Positions 30,570 through 40,518 of a stretch of 64,000 bases of DNA are shown here, in pieces (the stretch's first letter is position 1; every line of letters begins with the position of its first letter). The notes beneath the pieces are model-generated. The model was not told where the DNA came from, made no database searches, and saw nothing but the letters and a program-made list of their open reading frames with translations. Both the position numbers and the translations under genes were made by a program. The DNA is from a virus. The stretch lies in the IMG/VR virus record IMGVR_UViG_3300045988_167643; one strand, written 5' to 3'.

Positions 30570-31112
30570 ATGAGTCTAGTAATTGCTGCAATCTCAAAAG
30601 ATAATGATATTATTGTATGCGCTGATTCCAGAATTGTGGATAAAAATGGTAATATAGTTACCGAAAACGAGAATAAAATTTACCAGATTAGTGATAGAGT
30701 TGTTATTGGTTATGCTGGCAGTAAAAATGATTTTGATTGCCTTAAGGTATACTTAGAAATTAAATCAATACTATTAGATATAAATGATGTAGAATGTATA
30801 TACGAAGAAGTGAAAAGTTATGAAGAAAATCATGCATCAAATGATGGAATTCATTTACTTATTGCAGGATTTAATAAGTGTGAAATACCACAAATATATC
30901 TTGTAGGTACTGAAAAACATGAATGTGGTATCAGTAGACTATTATCTACAGACTATATGGCGATTGGTGATTATGGTTTTGATCTTTCTCTAAATACTCA
31001 AAAAGAGCTGACTGAAATCATATGTGATATGAAAATAATAATAAGTAATAGAGCAGAAGTGAATAATGGTATAAATACAAATATTAATACAGTTATTTTA
31101 AAGTCCAAATAA
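30570..31112 (+). CDS. HslV/CodW-like Ntn-hydrolase (proteasome beta-type) homologue, copy 1
   Basis: The N-terminus MSLVIAAISKDNDIIVCADSRIV...NKIYQISDRVVIGYAGS parallels the remembered HslV [21 protein letters not shown]...KVRRLYNDKVIAGFAGG. Ser follows the initiator Met, as in B. subtilis CodW. The later MAIGDYG resembles AIGSGG. The ATG at 30570 was preferred for RBS spacing and agreement with the paralogue. Confidence 0.55.
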   Translation: MSLVIAAISKDNDIIVCADSRIVDKNGNIVTENENKIYQISDRVVIGYAGSKNDFDCLKVYLEIKSILLDINDVECIYEEVKSYEENHASNDGIHLLIAGFNKCEIPQIYLVGTEKHECGISRLLSTDYMAIGDYGFDLSLNTQKELTEIICDMKIIISNRAEVNNGINTNINTVILKSK

Positions 31113-31295
31113 TCCACCTGGATGACCGCAAAAGTGATATTTGCCTTTTATAAAAAGCCAATCAAAATATTCTTTTACATCCTGTGGAGAAAGTGATACT
31201 TTACTATAAAAACTACTTATTTCTTTGCCATTATGGTATTCTATAATTTTATAATTACCTATTATAAATGTATGATCAAAAATTTTAACATGCAT
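31098..31295 (-). CDS. small protein, family B (MHxKIFD...), convergent and overlapping with Ntn-hydrolase gene
   Basis: The start was refined to MHVKIFDHTF (RBS AAAAGGAC). Its 3' end overlaps 30570..31112 by 15 nt. It shares FxWLFIxxK...GxxGG with 31321..31512 and MHxKIFD with 41853..42053 and 44726..44935. Confidence 0.6.
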   Translation of the reverse strand: MHVKIFDHTFIIGNYKIIEYHNGKEISSFYSKVSLSPQDVKEYFDWLFIKGKYHFCGHPGGLFGL

Positions 31296-31320
31296 AATTA
31301 GTCCTTTTATTACATAAAAA

Positions 31321-31512
31321 TTAACATATTGTTCCACCATGTGCTGTTCCAATAAATTTATCATTAATAAATAACCATTCAATAAAATTATTTACATCAG
31401 TTGGATTTATTCCATTGCAGCATGACATACCACCAACATATTTTTCGTTTTCATATAAACGTATAGATGTATTATTTATTTTTAGCTTAAAATTAAAAAA
31501 ACTTACTTCCAT
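31321..31512 (-). CDS. small protein, family B paralogue
   Basis: RBS AGAGGTAATAATTATG. FIEWLFINDKFIGTAHGG aligns with YFDWLFIKGKYHFCGHPGG in the neighbouring gene. Confidence 0.6.
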   Translation of the reverse strand: MEVSFFNFKLKINNTSIRLYENEKYVGGMSCCNGINPTDVNNFIEWLFINDKFIGTAHGGTIC

Positions 31513-31534
31513 AATTATTACCTCTGTTCAAAAT

Positions 31535-31562
31535 TAATAAAAGAGAGCATAGCTGTGACACT
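31535..31562 (-). terminator. rho-independent terminator after TMP
   Basis: On the minus strand, GAGGGCATAG-tgtcacag-CTATGCTCTC is followed by TTTTATT. Confidence 0.7.
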
Positions 31563-31576
31563 ATGCCCTCCTGTGT

Positions 31577-34500
31577 TTATCTAAGACTCTTAAAATCTCT
31601 TACACGCTTCTTTTCGTATGCATCGATCTTCTTAACGACAATATCACCTACTGCGTTTGCATCAGTAGCTTCATTTACAACAATATTGTAAACTGTACTA
31701 TGTTCATAAGATTGATTATTTGTGTTGGTAATCGCATTCATAAGTTCCTTATACATTTCACCAAATTGTGGTTGGCTACTCTGTGTAGCGATACCTGCAT
31801 TATCAATAAGCCTCTTAGTAAAGTCTGCTGTAAATATTTTATCGCCCTGATTTAAAAATGTGAGAGTACCGTATTTCCTTGACAGTACGGATTCCATACC
31901 ATTTTCGTTTACACGGTACATTCCAGACTTAGGTACATAATCAGTTCCGGAAGCATAACCGGTAAGTCCTGATAATGTAGAACTAACCTGTTCGTCTGTT
32001 AATCCAACATTTTTCAGAATAGTAGAAAGATTATTGAGAACCTGCGCATTACTAAGAGCAGAATTTGAAACTGCTTCATTAATAGCTTTACTCATTTTCT
32101 CTACGTTAGAGCTTATGTCGTTAGACCATTTGTCAAAATCATCACTCATATCTGAGGATAATTTATCAAGCGCATCACTTTGCATACTGAAAGCATGGTC
32201 TGTCATAGTATCAGAAAGATCTTCTCTTGCATCTGATAATTGTTCCTGGATCTTTGCCAAACGTGCTTTATCTTCAGCGTTTGTTGAACCCTGGAGAGCT
32301 GCCGCTTGACGTTCAAGGATCTGAATGTCTTTAGTCTTATCCTTTAAAGTTTTATCGTAATCGTAATAGTCTTTCTTTGCGGAAAGGGCTTCCTTACGCT
32401 TAGATATTACTTTATTAAGAGCATCAAGTTCTGCTTGAGCCTGATTTTTGACAAGAGAGAGCATATCATTTTGAAGAGAACTATTTGATGAAATTAAAGA
32501 ATTATATTTAGACTGAATGTCTTTTATATATTCATCATAAGTCTTTTCGCCAAATTCAGAAGACATATCTTCGCCATTAGCGTATCGTTTTTTCACATCA
32601 TTTTCTTTTTCAAGAAGCTTTTGTATTTCTTTCTGATTTGCAGAAAACTGATTTCTATTCAACATTACAGAAGTAGCTCCCAATTCTGTAAGTAGTCCAG
32701 TATTCTTATCAACTTTCATATCATCAGAGATAATTTCGTTCAGTGTATCAAGACGGTCCTTGAACTGATCAATTTTCTCTATTGCACGATCAAACTGTTC
32801 TTCATAATAAACACCAATTTGTTGCTGTTTCAGATTTTCAATACTTGTGTCGTAATCGGTTACAGCTTTTTTTGCTTCTATAATCTCGGATTTCATATTA
32901 ATCCATTCCTGAGATCCTTCTACAATTGTGCCATTGTCAACACCTTCTTGGAGTCTTTTCTCAAGTTCATCAACTTTATCCTGTGCGATATTTCTCAGAC
33001 TTTCAGTATTTGAGATCTTAATCTCATAATCAGAAGAACGCTCATAATTTCCATGAGCATTGTATAAATCAATGTTTGCTTCTTCCATTTCATTATACTT
33101 TTCCTGATATCCTAACAATCCTTCATAATACGTCTTCGCATTATCAAATTTACTTTGAATAGCTTCGACTGTGGCTTTAGCTGCTTCTGTCTGTGATTCC
33201 GCTGCATTAGCTGCCGCTGTTGATTCTGCATCTGTGACAATATTTAATTTCTGTTCTGTTTCGGCTGCAGTAGTAACATATTTATTATATGCTGTAAGAG
33301 CCTTTTTAAGAGACTTGTCTTTTATCTTATCGACATTTATTTCTTTACCTGCTGCTAATTTCTTTTTCTGATTATCACTCAGCTTACTACCAAACTTTTT
33401 CTTAATAGCTTTAGCTTTTTTACTAACCTTATCGTCTGCTTGTTTCTTGGCTTTCTCCTGTGCGTTAAGATTTTTCTTAGTTTCCTCCCAAGCCTTGTTG
33501 TTAATATCTGCAGCTTGCTTTGTCTGTGTCACATTCTGATCAGTTAAGGAATCCATATAGGAAAGTTCGTTTCCTTCCTGATATCCGGCGATTGCTGTTT
33601 CTGCATCTGTCTTAAGAGATGAAGAATTCTTATTTGCAGTGTTAAATTTAGTCTGAGCCGTTTTCTTTTTAGAATCTGCTTTCTTTTTATTTTTAACTGC
33701 AGAATTATACTCTTCGGCACGTTTCTTCGTAGTCTTGTTAGTAATCTTACTGGTATCAATAGTCTTTCCGGATTTAATAGCTTTTTTCTGCTCATTCGTA
33801 AGACCTTTTGATTTAAGAAGTGCTTTTTTCTTTCTATTTACAGCTGTAGTTGCCTTATCTGCTTTCGCAGTTGCTGTGTCAAGATTTGATTGTGCTTTTT
33901 CTGTAACTACCTGTGCTGATTCGTAACTTGCAGTAGCAGCGTCTGCTATAGCTTTTTGTGTTGATCCACCTGTCTGAACAGCAGATAACCTTGACTGAGT
34001 TGCATTCAATCCATTAAATCCGTTTTGTAAACGTTCCAATTTCTGCTCTGCTGTTTCAGTTGGCATATTAGCCCATTGCTCAAACAATTCCATTTGCTCT
34101 TTTTTCAGATCAACAACAGCTTGTTTACAATCCTGTGCCTTGTCGTAATATGTCTTATACTGATCGATAGCCTCTGCCAGAGCCTTACCCTGATCTGTTG
34201 AAGTGTCCATATCTTCAATACGGTAAGCACCTTTTTGTACAAGTTTCTGATATTTCTTTGGTACATTGGTTTTAATCTCTTCTCCATCGCTATTATAATA
34301 AGTGTACTCATTTGCTATAGAGTTAGCCTTTTTCATATAGGTTTTTGCACCTTTCTGATTAGACCCAATCTCATAGTTCATCTTACGAATTTGCTGTTTG
34401 AGCAAAGATGTTTTAAGTGACTTCTTAATATAATCAGTGATTTTATCAGCGATTTTTTGAACCTGATCAGACCAATGTTTAATACGAGTTTCTACCCAGT

Positions 34501-37500
34501 TATATACCTTAGTAGATTTTTTTACCTTTTCAGTATTGTCATTTACGGTGTCTGTATTTTTCTTAACAGAAATTGTATTTTTATCGGTAATTGTGGAATT
34601 AGAGGGAGATGACTGATTACCTTTATTTAAACCAAAGCTATTGCCACCACCTTTTGGTGATCCGTCTAAGAATGCACTCATTCCACTATGAACCGTTCCA
34701 CCAGCAAGTGCTCTAGCATGTCCACCTCCAGACATGACACGTCCTGAATTTATAAGTTCAGATGTTTGTTTTGAATTAAAGATAATATCGCCCTTTTTTA
34801 AATTCTCAAAATGAGCACCACCAGGAATTACCATCCATTTTCCGTCACGTACAATTGACTCCGGACCATCAGGAAGCTCATTTACAAGAGCTTTTTCATT
34901 ACTTTGTAATGCTACGTTTCCATCTGCATGAGCAGGAGAGTAGTTAAGAACATTATAAGCTGTACCAGAAGCGTGTGCTACACGGAGCATAGTACCAGAA
35001 GCAAATCCACCACCAGTTCCACCAGAATTATTTTTAACATTTGTAGTTACATTTGCGGTGACATTAACTGAATGTGGTTTGTTTAATTCAGCTTGTATTG
35101 TGCTTACCATAGAAGAAATATTTGCACCAACATTGATATTCGCAGTCTTATTATTAATTTCTTCTACTGCTGCATTAGCCGCTGAAATTGCAGGTCCTTT
35201 ATTACCATCAATTTTCATTTCAGGCTTTTGATTTTCTGCGTATTTTTTAGCTTCATCAACACTTTTTTTGTATGGAGTATTATTCCCATCAATAGGTATA
35301 CTTGATTGTTCAGTTGCTTGTGATTGTAAATTCTTTGCACTGACTGAAACTGAAAGAGATGGGTTAGAAGATTGCAATTTAGAAACAGTGGAATTAATAA
35401 GACTTAAAGTCTGACGAGATGTATTGTCAAGATTTACACTAACTGTTATCTTTTGAGTATCCTTTGGAAGACCTGCAATTTTATCAAGAAATGCATTTGC
35501 ATCCTCTTCATTATCAATATTAAAATGATATGTTAACTGCTGAATACCATCATCAAAAGCACTTAAATCAAGTTTATTAATTGCATCTTGAATTCCTGCA
35601 TCATCTAGTCCTTGAATATCAAACTTCAGAGTCTTTTTAGTCTCATCATCAATGCTATCCAACTCTGCTTTTGCATCATTTACGGCTTTTTGAGCATCAG
35701 ATGTATCTAATCCAAGAGATTTCTGCTTATCTAACTCGTTAACAGCTGTTTGGTAATTTTGAATTGCCGTAATAGCATTTTGAAGATCTGCATTAACACT
35801 ATTTAACTGATCATCTGAAATATTCATTACAGCAGGAGCTTCTAACTCTTGTTTTCTTTCTATAAGAGTCTTTAAAATTGTTTCAGCAGCTGAAATTTTA
35901 TCTGTGTTGACATCAATATCAGAACTCTCTCTAAGACCTTGCAAATACTTTGAAAGATCAGATATTTCACTATCCAGATCATCCCCTGTTGCGGAAAGAT
36001 TTATTTCAACATCTGGTTCTATAGTGTCGATCTGTTCTTCCAACGAGGTAATATTACCATCAACATCAATAATAAGATGATAATCTTTTGCAAAAGAGTC
36101 TAATTGCTTTTGAAGCACTTCTTTTAACTGGACATCATCTGTATTATTGATATCATCTATCATTGTCTTGGCAACAGATTTAGCATAATCTGTCTGCTCT
36201 TTAGTATATTTACCTTTCTTATCAACAAGCTCATCCATGTTGGCATTTGCATTTTTGATCCGCTCTTCGAATTCTGCAATTTTCCTTTCAGATTCAGAGA
36301 GAGCAGTATCATAGTCCTCGGTGTTCGGATTTGCTTTTATCTGAGCAAGATGCATTTTTTCAGCTGCTAATTTACTATATAAGTCAGAAATTTTCTCCGT
36401 ACCGGCTTCTTCAGTTGTAAAGAAATCATTATAGAAACCATAGTCTTCAAGTTTTCCGAAAACAGACATAAGAGGTTCAAACCCAATTCCAAGTTTGTCT
36501 GCAGTTTCTTTAAGCTCCTCCATATTATTTCCAAGAGAATAAGTCCAGTTACCATTTTCTTGTTCGGCCAATCCAAGAGCCTGAAGATCATTAAGGAAAT
36601 TGATACATCCATCAGAACCTTCAGTAAAATATTTCTCGATCTTTGACATATTTTCTGCAAAATTTGCATAGTCATCTGATCCAGTAGGAGAGAACATTGC
36701 GGCTGTGGTCTTGAAATCATCCGTTCCAACCAAACCTTTTTCATATGCTTCTTTAGCAGTATTATACATGGAAAGCATATCATCATAGGTCGCTCCTCCA
36801 TTCTCAGTAGAAGAAGCATCTTTTGCAGCTTCATATTGTGGAGTTGGAATTTTTAAACCAGCAATTTTTTTATATGCTCCCTCAATGTCGTGAGCACCGG
36901 CAATTACATCATCGACATATTTTTGAAGAGCATCTGCGTTTGCATCTTCACCGGCATCTCGTAAAGCCTCTATAGCATCTGTAAACTGGTTAGTTACATC
37001 ACTGTCCATAGAATCCATCAGATCATCAATAGCAGAAGAGAGGTCTTCTGTATTTCCTGCATATTTTGCAAGATCTGGGAATTTATCCAGGAATGTCTTT
37101 CTTGTAGAACCAGTCATAAGACCGTTCTTTAGATCTTTTTGAGCTTGATAGAGTGACTGATATTTATCCTGATAATCTGTGAGCTGGGATTGGATTGTTT
37201 CATTATTAATAAAATCTGCTGTAGTTGGAAGAAAATTCTGAATTTCTTTTCCCCAATCGAATCCAGTAGAAGTGATATTTCCAATATTCTGTTCGACCGC
37301 TTTAAGCATTGCTTGGGCGCCTGTGTCAGATGTCATATAGCTTGAATAAGAATTGATAAATCCTTTTGCCATATTTTCTGCAACTGTCTGTGGCGCAGAG
37401 CTATAAGCATTTTTGAACAGTTTTTCTATTTCCTGCTTCGCTGTAGCAGCATCAATATCAGACAAATCAGCTTCTTTCAGAATGCTTCCTTTAAGAGCTT

Positions 37501-39685
37501 TAGCATATTCCATCTCTTCTTTAGAAGCACCAACCATCGCATCATCTATTTTTTTTATACTATCTGTTACTTTAGATACTTTGAGGTTTGAAATAGATTT
37601 CTGTAAATCGTCTGTACCAGAAGCTAGTTGTGGAAACTGTTGAATAAGGTCAGTGAGATCTGAATCTTTAAACTCGCCTGTTTTAAGCTTTGTAAGAGTA
37701 TCTGATAAAGAAGAAATATCTGACTGCAAAGAATCAATAGAAGATGAGATTTCATTATCAGAATCGCCAAGAATTGATGAGAGAGTAGGACCATCTGTGG
37801 ATTCTGCTACCGTTTTCTTATATCTTTCAATGGCAGAAACTAATCCATCTGTGCCTTTCTCAATATCAACTGAACCATTATCAATTAACTGTGCAGCAAT
37901 TGACAGATCGCCTGTCTGCATCTGGTCAATAAAATCACTGGCATTTGGAAAATCTGCATATGCTTCTTTAAGACGTTCTGCGTTATCTTCCATGTCCTCA
38001 ATAGATGAATCAATACCATAAGCATTCTTGAACCGCTCCTGGAGTTCTTTCTTTTCCTCTGTGTCATTTCCAAAAGCATCTTTAAATGCTTCATCAACTT
38101 GCGACCTGTATTCATCAATAGTTAATTTAGAAGGATCAATTTGTAGTGCTTTTGCAAGACTTTCTTGTACATCCGTACTAAACTGAGACATTGGCCCAAG
38201 AAATTCACCATACAGAAAATCAAGTACCTGTCCTTTATATTCACCATCAGGATCATTTAATGCAGTTAAATCAAGATTTGAAATATTAGCCAGAAATGCA
38301 CTCTGAAGACTATCATCAAGCTCATTAAATGATTTTGATGTCTGAAGATAATTTCCAAGTGATTGAGCCATGCTACGCCATTGATCTTCAATCATTAAGT
38401 CATAGGAATTAATTTCGCTCTGAAGTTGACTTCTCTGAGATTCCAATGTTAAATAATAGGATTCCATACCAGCTGTAATCTGTTCATTCATCCTATCTAT
38501 TTCTTGTTTTGACTTGTCAGCAAGACCTTCAGCATAGAAATTCCAGATGCTTCCGTCATCACCAGTATTCTCTTTGTATAATCCGTTCTCTTTTAGAACA
38601 TCAGTAATAACATTTTCTTTATCGCCATACAAATTCTGAACTTCAAAATTGTTACTTCCATATGTTAAAATACTACGTTTGTTCTCAGAAATATCAATAT
38701 CTAGTTGAGCTAGTTCATCACGTTTTTTCTGAATATCTTCCGCATATTGACTTGTCTGTGTAACAACACCATCATATGTTGCTTGTAGATTTTTCCCCAT
38801 ATCAACATTTGCAGAAGAAACTTGTGCCTCATATAAGTTACGAATACTATCAGCAGCCTTATCTGCATTGGAAGCAAGGTTTAATACAGCATTTCCCTGA
38901 CTATCGTAACCTGCTACCAGACCAGGAAACTGAGAGGCAAGCTTACTACTGAGATCAATATATTGCTGATACTCGTCTGTAGATAATGATACATTCTCGT
39001 TTGTATTCTGATTTACTCCCTTACGAAGCTCTACATATTTTTCGGCAACTTGATCGATTGCATCACCGGTATTTTTTATTTGTTCTGTCTGATCACCGAA
39101 TGAAGATCCAAGGTCCATGATGGACTGCTTACCTTCTTCGAAGCTTTTGAATGTGCTGTCAATAGAATCCTTTGCTTCCTGTCCAGCTTTGATGATATTT
39201 TCGCTACGATGTCTATAATCATCTATGGCTTCAAATACTTTGCCAATAGCCCAGGATGCAGCCATAGCTATTGCCATATTGCCAAGAGTTCCAACAAATG
39301 TCTTTGCGACATTACCTGCGGTTTTTAAAGCAGCGCCAAATTTTGTTGTACCTTGTATAACTGTTTGCTGAGATTGAGCAAAATTGGCTAAATTTTGAGA
39401 TCCTAATTCTGTATTAGAATTATATTCAATTAATTTATTATTGCCTTCATCTAACTCATTAGCCCATGTTGAAGCCAGATTTTTATATTCATCACTTGAT
39501 AAATCAGCTTCTTTTGGAATATCGTTAATTAATCTTTTAAAATATTCTTGCTCATTATTGGTTGGATTATAATTTTTAACAACATCTTGCTTCTTTGTAA
39601 AAAAGTCTTTAATACTTTCCCAAAATTCAGATAAATTCTTTCCATTATTAAATGTACCCTCAGTTTTATCGTAGTTAAAAATCAA
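31577..39685 (-). CDS. tape-measure protein, distal 2702-aa segment (no credible own start)
   Basis: The frame opens only 5 codons upstream. The sole start candidate is TTG with no SD (AAATAGATTATTTCAATTTG). It contains a post-core hydrophobic segment (FGAALKTAGNVAKTFVGTLGNMAIAMAASWAIG), kilobases of coiled coil, and two ...NE(L/N)...GPE/GME-type motifs (ALVNELPDGPESIV; RVNENGMESVL). Confidence 0.85.
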   Translation of the reverse strand: MIFNYDKTEGTFNNGKNLSEFWESIKDFFTKKQDVVKNYNPTNNEQEYFKRLINDIPKEADLSSDEYKNLASTWANELDEGNNKLIEYNSNTELGSQNLANFAQSQQTVIQGTTKFGAALKTAGNVAKTFVGTLGNMAIAMAASWAIGKVFEAIDDYRHRSENIIKAGQEAKDSIDSTFKSFEEGKQSIMDLGSSFGDQTEQIKNTGDAIDQVAEKYVELRKGVNQNTNENVSLSTDEYQQYIDLSSKLASQFPGLVAGYDSQGNAVLNLASNADKAADSIRNLYEAQVSSANVDMGKNLQATYDGVVTQTSQYAEDIQKKRDELAQLDIDISENKRSILTYGSNNFEVQNLYGDKENVITDVLKENGLYKENTGDDGSIWNFYAEGLADKSKQEIDRMNEQITAGMESYYLTLESQRSQLQSEINSYDLMIEDQWRSMAQSLGNYLQTSKSFNELDDSLQSAFLANISNLDLTALNDPDGEYKGQVLDFLYGEFLGPMSQFSTDVQESLAKALQIDPSKLTIDEYRSQVDEAFKDAFGNDTEEKKELQERFKNAYGIDSSIEDMEDNAERLKEAYADFPNASDFIDQMQTGDLSIAAQLIDNGSVDIEKGTDGLVSAIERYKKTVAESTDGPTLSSILGDSDNEISSSIDSLQSDISSLSDTLTKLKTGEFKDSDLTDLIQQFPQLASGTDDLQKSISNLKVSKVTDSIKKIDDAMVGASKEEMEYAKALKGSILKEADLSDIDAATAKQEIEKLFKNAYSSAPQTVAENMAKGFINSYSSYMTSDTGAQAMLKAVEQNIGNITSTGFDWGKEIQNFLPTTADFINNETIQSQLTDYQDKYQSLYQAQKDLKNGLMTGSTRKTFLDKFPDLAKYAGNTEDLSSAIDDLMDSMDSDVTNQFTDAIEALRDAGEDANADALQKYVDDVIAGAHDIEGAYKKIAGLKIPTPQYEAAKDASSTENGGATYDDMLSMYNTAKEAYEKGLVGTDDFKTTAAMFSPTGSDDYANFAENMSKIEKYFTEGSDGCINFLNDLQALGLAEQENGNWTYSLGNNMEELKETADKLGIGFEPLMSVFGKLEDYGFYNDFFTTEEAGTEKISDLYSKLAAEKMHLAQIKANPNTEDYDTALSESERKIAEFEERIKNANANMDELVDKKGKYTKEQTDYAKSVAKTMIDDINNTDDVQLKEVLQKQLDSFAKDYHLIIDVDGNITSLEEQIDTIEPDVEINLSATGDDLDSEISDLSKYLQGLRESSDIDVNTDKISAAETILKTLIERKQELEAPAVMNISDDQLNSVNADLQNAITAIQNYQTAVNELDKQKSLGLDTSDAQKAVNDAKAELDSIDDETKKTLKFDIQGLDDAGIQDAINKLDLSAFDDGIQQLTYHFNIDNEEDANAFLDKIAGLPKDTQKITVSVNLDNTSRQTLSLINSTVSKLQSSNPSLSVSVSAKNLQSQATEQSSIPIDGNNTPYKKSVDEAKKYAENQKPEMKIDGNKGPAISAANAAVEEINNKTANINVGANISSMVSTIQAELNKPHSVNVTANVTTNVKNNSGGTGGGFASGTMLRVAHASGTAYNVLNYSPAHADGNVALQSNEKALVNELPDGPESIVRDGKWMVIPGGAHFENLKKGDIIFNSKQTSELINSGRVMSGGGHARALAGGTVHSGMSAFLDGSPKGGGNSFGLNKGNQSSPSNSTITDKNTISVKKNTDTVNDNTEKVKKSTKVYNWVETRIKHWSDQVQKIADKITDYIKKSLKTSLLKQQIRKMNYEIGSNQKGAKTYMKKANSIANEYTYYNSDGEEIKTNVPKKYQKLVQKGAYRIEDMDTSTDQGKALAEAIDQYKTYYDKAQDCKQAVVDLKKEQMELFEQWANMPTETAEQKLERLQNGFNGLNATQSRLSAVQTGGSTQKAIADAATASYESAQVVTEKAQSNLDTATAKADKATTAVNRKKKALLKSKGLTNEQKKAIKSGKTIDTSKITNKTTKKRAEEYNSAVKNKKKADSKKKTAQTKFNTANKNSSSLKTDAETAIAGYQEGNELSYMDSLTDQNVTQTKQAADINNKAWEETKKNLNAQEKAKKQADDKVSKKAKAIKKKFGSKLSDNQKKKLAAGKEINVDKIKDKSLKKALTAYNKYVTTAAETEQKLNIVTDAESTAAANAAESQTEAAKATVEAIQSKFDNAKTYYEGLLGYQEKYNEMEEANIDLYNAHGNYERSSDYEIKISNTESLRNIAQDKVDELEKRLQEGVDNGTIVEGSQEWINMKSEIIEAKKAVTDYDTSIENLKQQQIGVYYEEQFDRAIEKIDQFKDRLDTLNEIISDDMKVDKNTGLLTELGATSVMLNRNQFSANQKEIQKLLEKENDVKKRYANGEDMSSEFGEKTYDEYIKDIQSKYNSLISSNSSLQNDMLSLVKNQAQAELDALNKVISKRKEALSAKKDYYDYDKTLKDKTKDIQILERQAAALQGSTNAEDKARLAKIQEQLSDAREDLSDTMTDHAFSMQSDALDKLSSDMSDDFDKWSNDISSNVEKMSKAINEAVSNSALSNAQVLNNLSTILKNVGLTDEQVSSTLSGLTGYASGTDYVPKSGMYRVNENGMESVLSRKYGTLTFLNQGDKIFTADFTKRLIDNAGIATQSSQPQFGEMYKELMNAITNTNNQSYEHSTVYNIVVNEATDANAVGDIVVKKIDAYEKKRVRDFKSLR
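39664..39678. repeat. 15-nt inverted-repeat arm (TTTTATCGTAGTTAA) inside first codons of distal TMP segment
   Basis: It is the perfect reverse complement of 47220..47234. The RNA duplex is extendable to 17 bp with one G-U. Confidence 0.9.
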
Positions 39686-39692
39686 ATTGAAA
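39685..39692. repeat. 8-bp direct repeat AATTGAAA (island left junction)
   Basis: Identical to 47240..47247. Both copies read xT-TTC-AAT-Tx (Phe-Asn) in the same codon phase on the minus strand. Confidence 0.85.
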
Positions 39693-39747
39693 TAATCTAT
39701 TTATAATGTTATACTTGCAATATAAAATTATAAATTGGAGGGTGATT

Positions 39748-40275
39748 ATGAAGATTTATTGCTGTCGTAATTGTATGGAGAAAAACAGAAGCAAGATTAA
39801 AAGCGACAAAGATTATTTTAACTCATTACTTAAATATAAAACCTTTGAAGCAGAAAAAGAATATTTTGTAGGATTTGGACTAGAAAACAAAGTTAAAGAC
39901 GGTAAATGTATATTTTGCAACTCTCCAGTAGAACTTTTAAATATTGAGGATGGTGAATTGGCAAAAATATCACACTTTGGATCTCCAAATCCAGATTATG
40001 TTCTTGCTATGAATAAACTTAAAGGCGATGATATTATTTCATTTACTTCAAAATATAATGAATTAATTGAGATTCAAAATCAAAGAAAAGCAATGAATTT
40101 AGCGCAACAACAGTCCGAGCAACAAAATATAAACCAAGTACGTTGTCCTAAATGTGGATCTACCCAGATCACCACAGGACAGAGAGGATACAGTTTATTC
40201 TCTGGCTTTTTAGGTAGCAGCAAGACCGTTAATCGTTGTGCGGCTTGTGGACATACTTGGAAGCCTGGAAGGTGA
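39748..40275 (+). CDS. double zinc-ribbon protein (Zn-ribbon cassette copy 1 in frame)
   Basis: RBS GGAGGGTGATTATG. The N-terminus has CCRNC...CIFC. The C-terminus is [40 protein letters not shown]. Confidence 0.75.
   Translation: MKIYCCRNCMEKNRSKIKSDKDYFNSLLKYKTFEAEKEYFVGFGLENKVKDGKCIFCNSPVELLNIEDGELAKISHFGSPNPDYVLAMNKLKGDDIISFTSKYNELIEIQNQRKAMNLAQQQSEQQNINQVRCPKCGSTQITTGQRGYSLFSGFLGSSKTVNRCAACGHTWKPGR
40135..40275 (+). repeat. 141-nt Zn-ribbon cassette, copy 1 (in frame)
   Basis: It has the same length and the same [13 protein letters not shown]...NRCAxCG pattern as 41186..41326, 43280..43420 and 44153..44293. Confidence 0.9.
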
Positions 40276-40485
40276 CTATAAATAGTTCTTTCGATCATCA
40301 AGAATATCAAACAGTTCTTGAATGTTTTTTTCAAATTCTATAAAGCTTAGATACTTTTGATGATTGAATATTCTATAGTATGCTTTTTGGATTTTAAATT
40401 TTATATTGCGAATTGCCATTTTTGCATCCAAATAAAAAACATTTACTCTTAATTTTAGAAGTAATAAAGTTTTATTTTGTTTCAT
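40276..40485 (-). CDS. small protein, family C (~69 aa), divergent partner of HExxH gene
   Basis: RBS GAAAGGA. It shares K(K/A)YY(R/K)IF(N/D)xxKY...EK(D/N)(I/M)Q(E/D)...D(D/E)R with 42104..42316 and 42344..42550. Confidence 0.65.
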   Translation of the reverse strand: MKQNKTLLLLKLRVNVFYLDAKMAIRNIKFKIQKAYYRIFNHQKYLSFIEFEKNIQELFDILDDRKNYL

Positions 40486-40518
40486 ATAAATAAAATCCTT
40501 TCGTATAAGTAAATAAAT

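Noticed and set aside
20983-38118. Many antisense or alternative-frame ORFs inside the giant structural genes (e.g. 21376..21861, 26995..27441, 28143..28493, 36367..36834, 37653..38021)
   Set aside because: Each is contained within a long, uninterrupted, motif-bearing ORF on the other strand or frame. They are low-complexity Ser/Leu/Ile-rich translations without start signals.
39706-39747. Track start (39706) for the first island gene and 30558, 43594, 44254, 44599 and 63032 starts for other ORFs
   Set aside because: Downstream ATG or GTG codons have properly spaced SD sequences and give N-termini that align with paralogues. The upstream extensions overlap neighbouring genes or lack an RBS.
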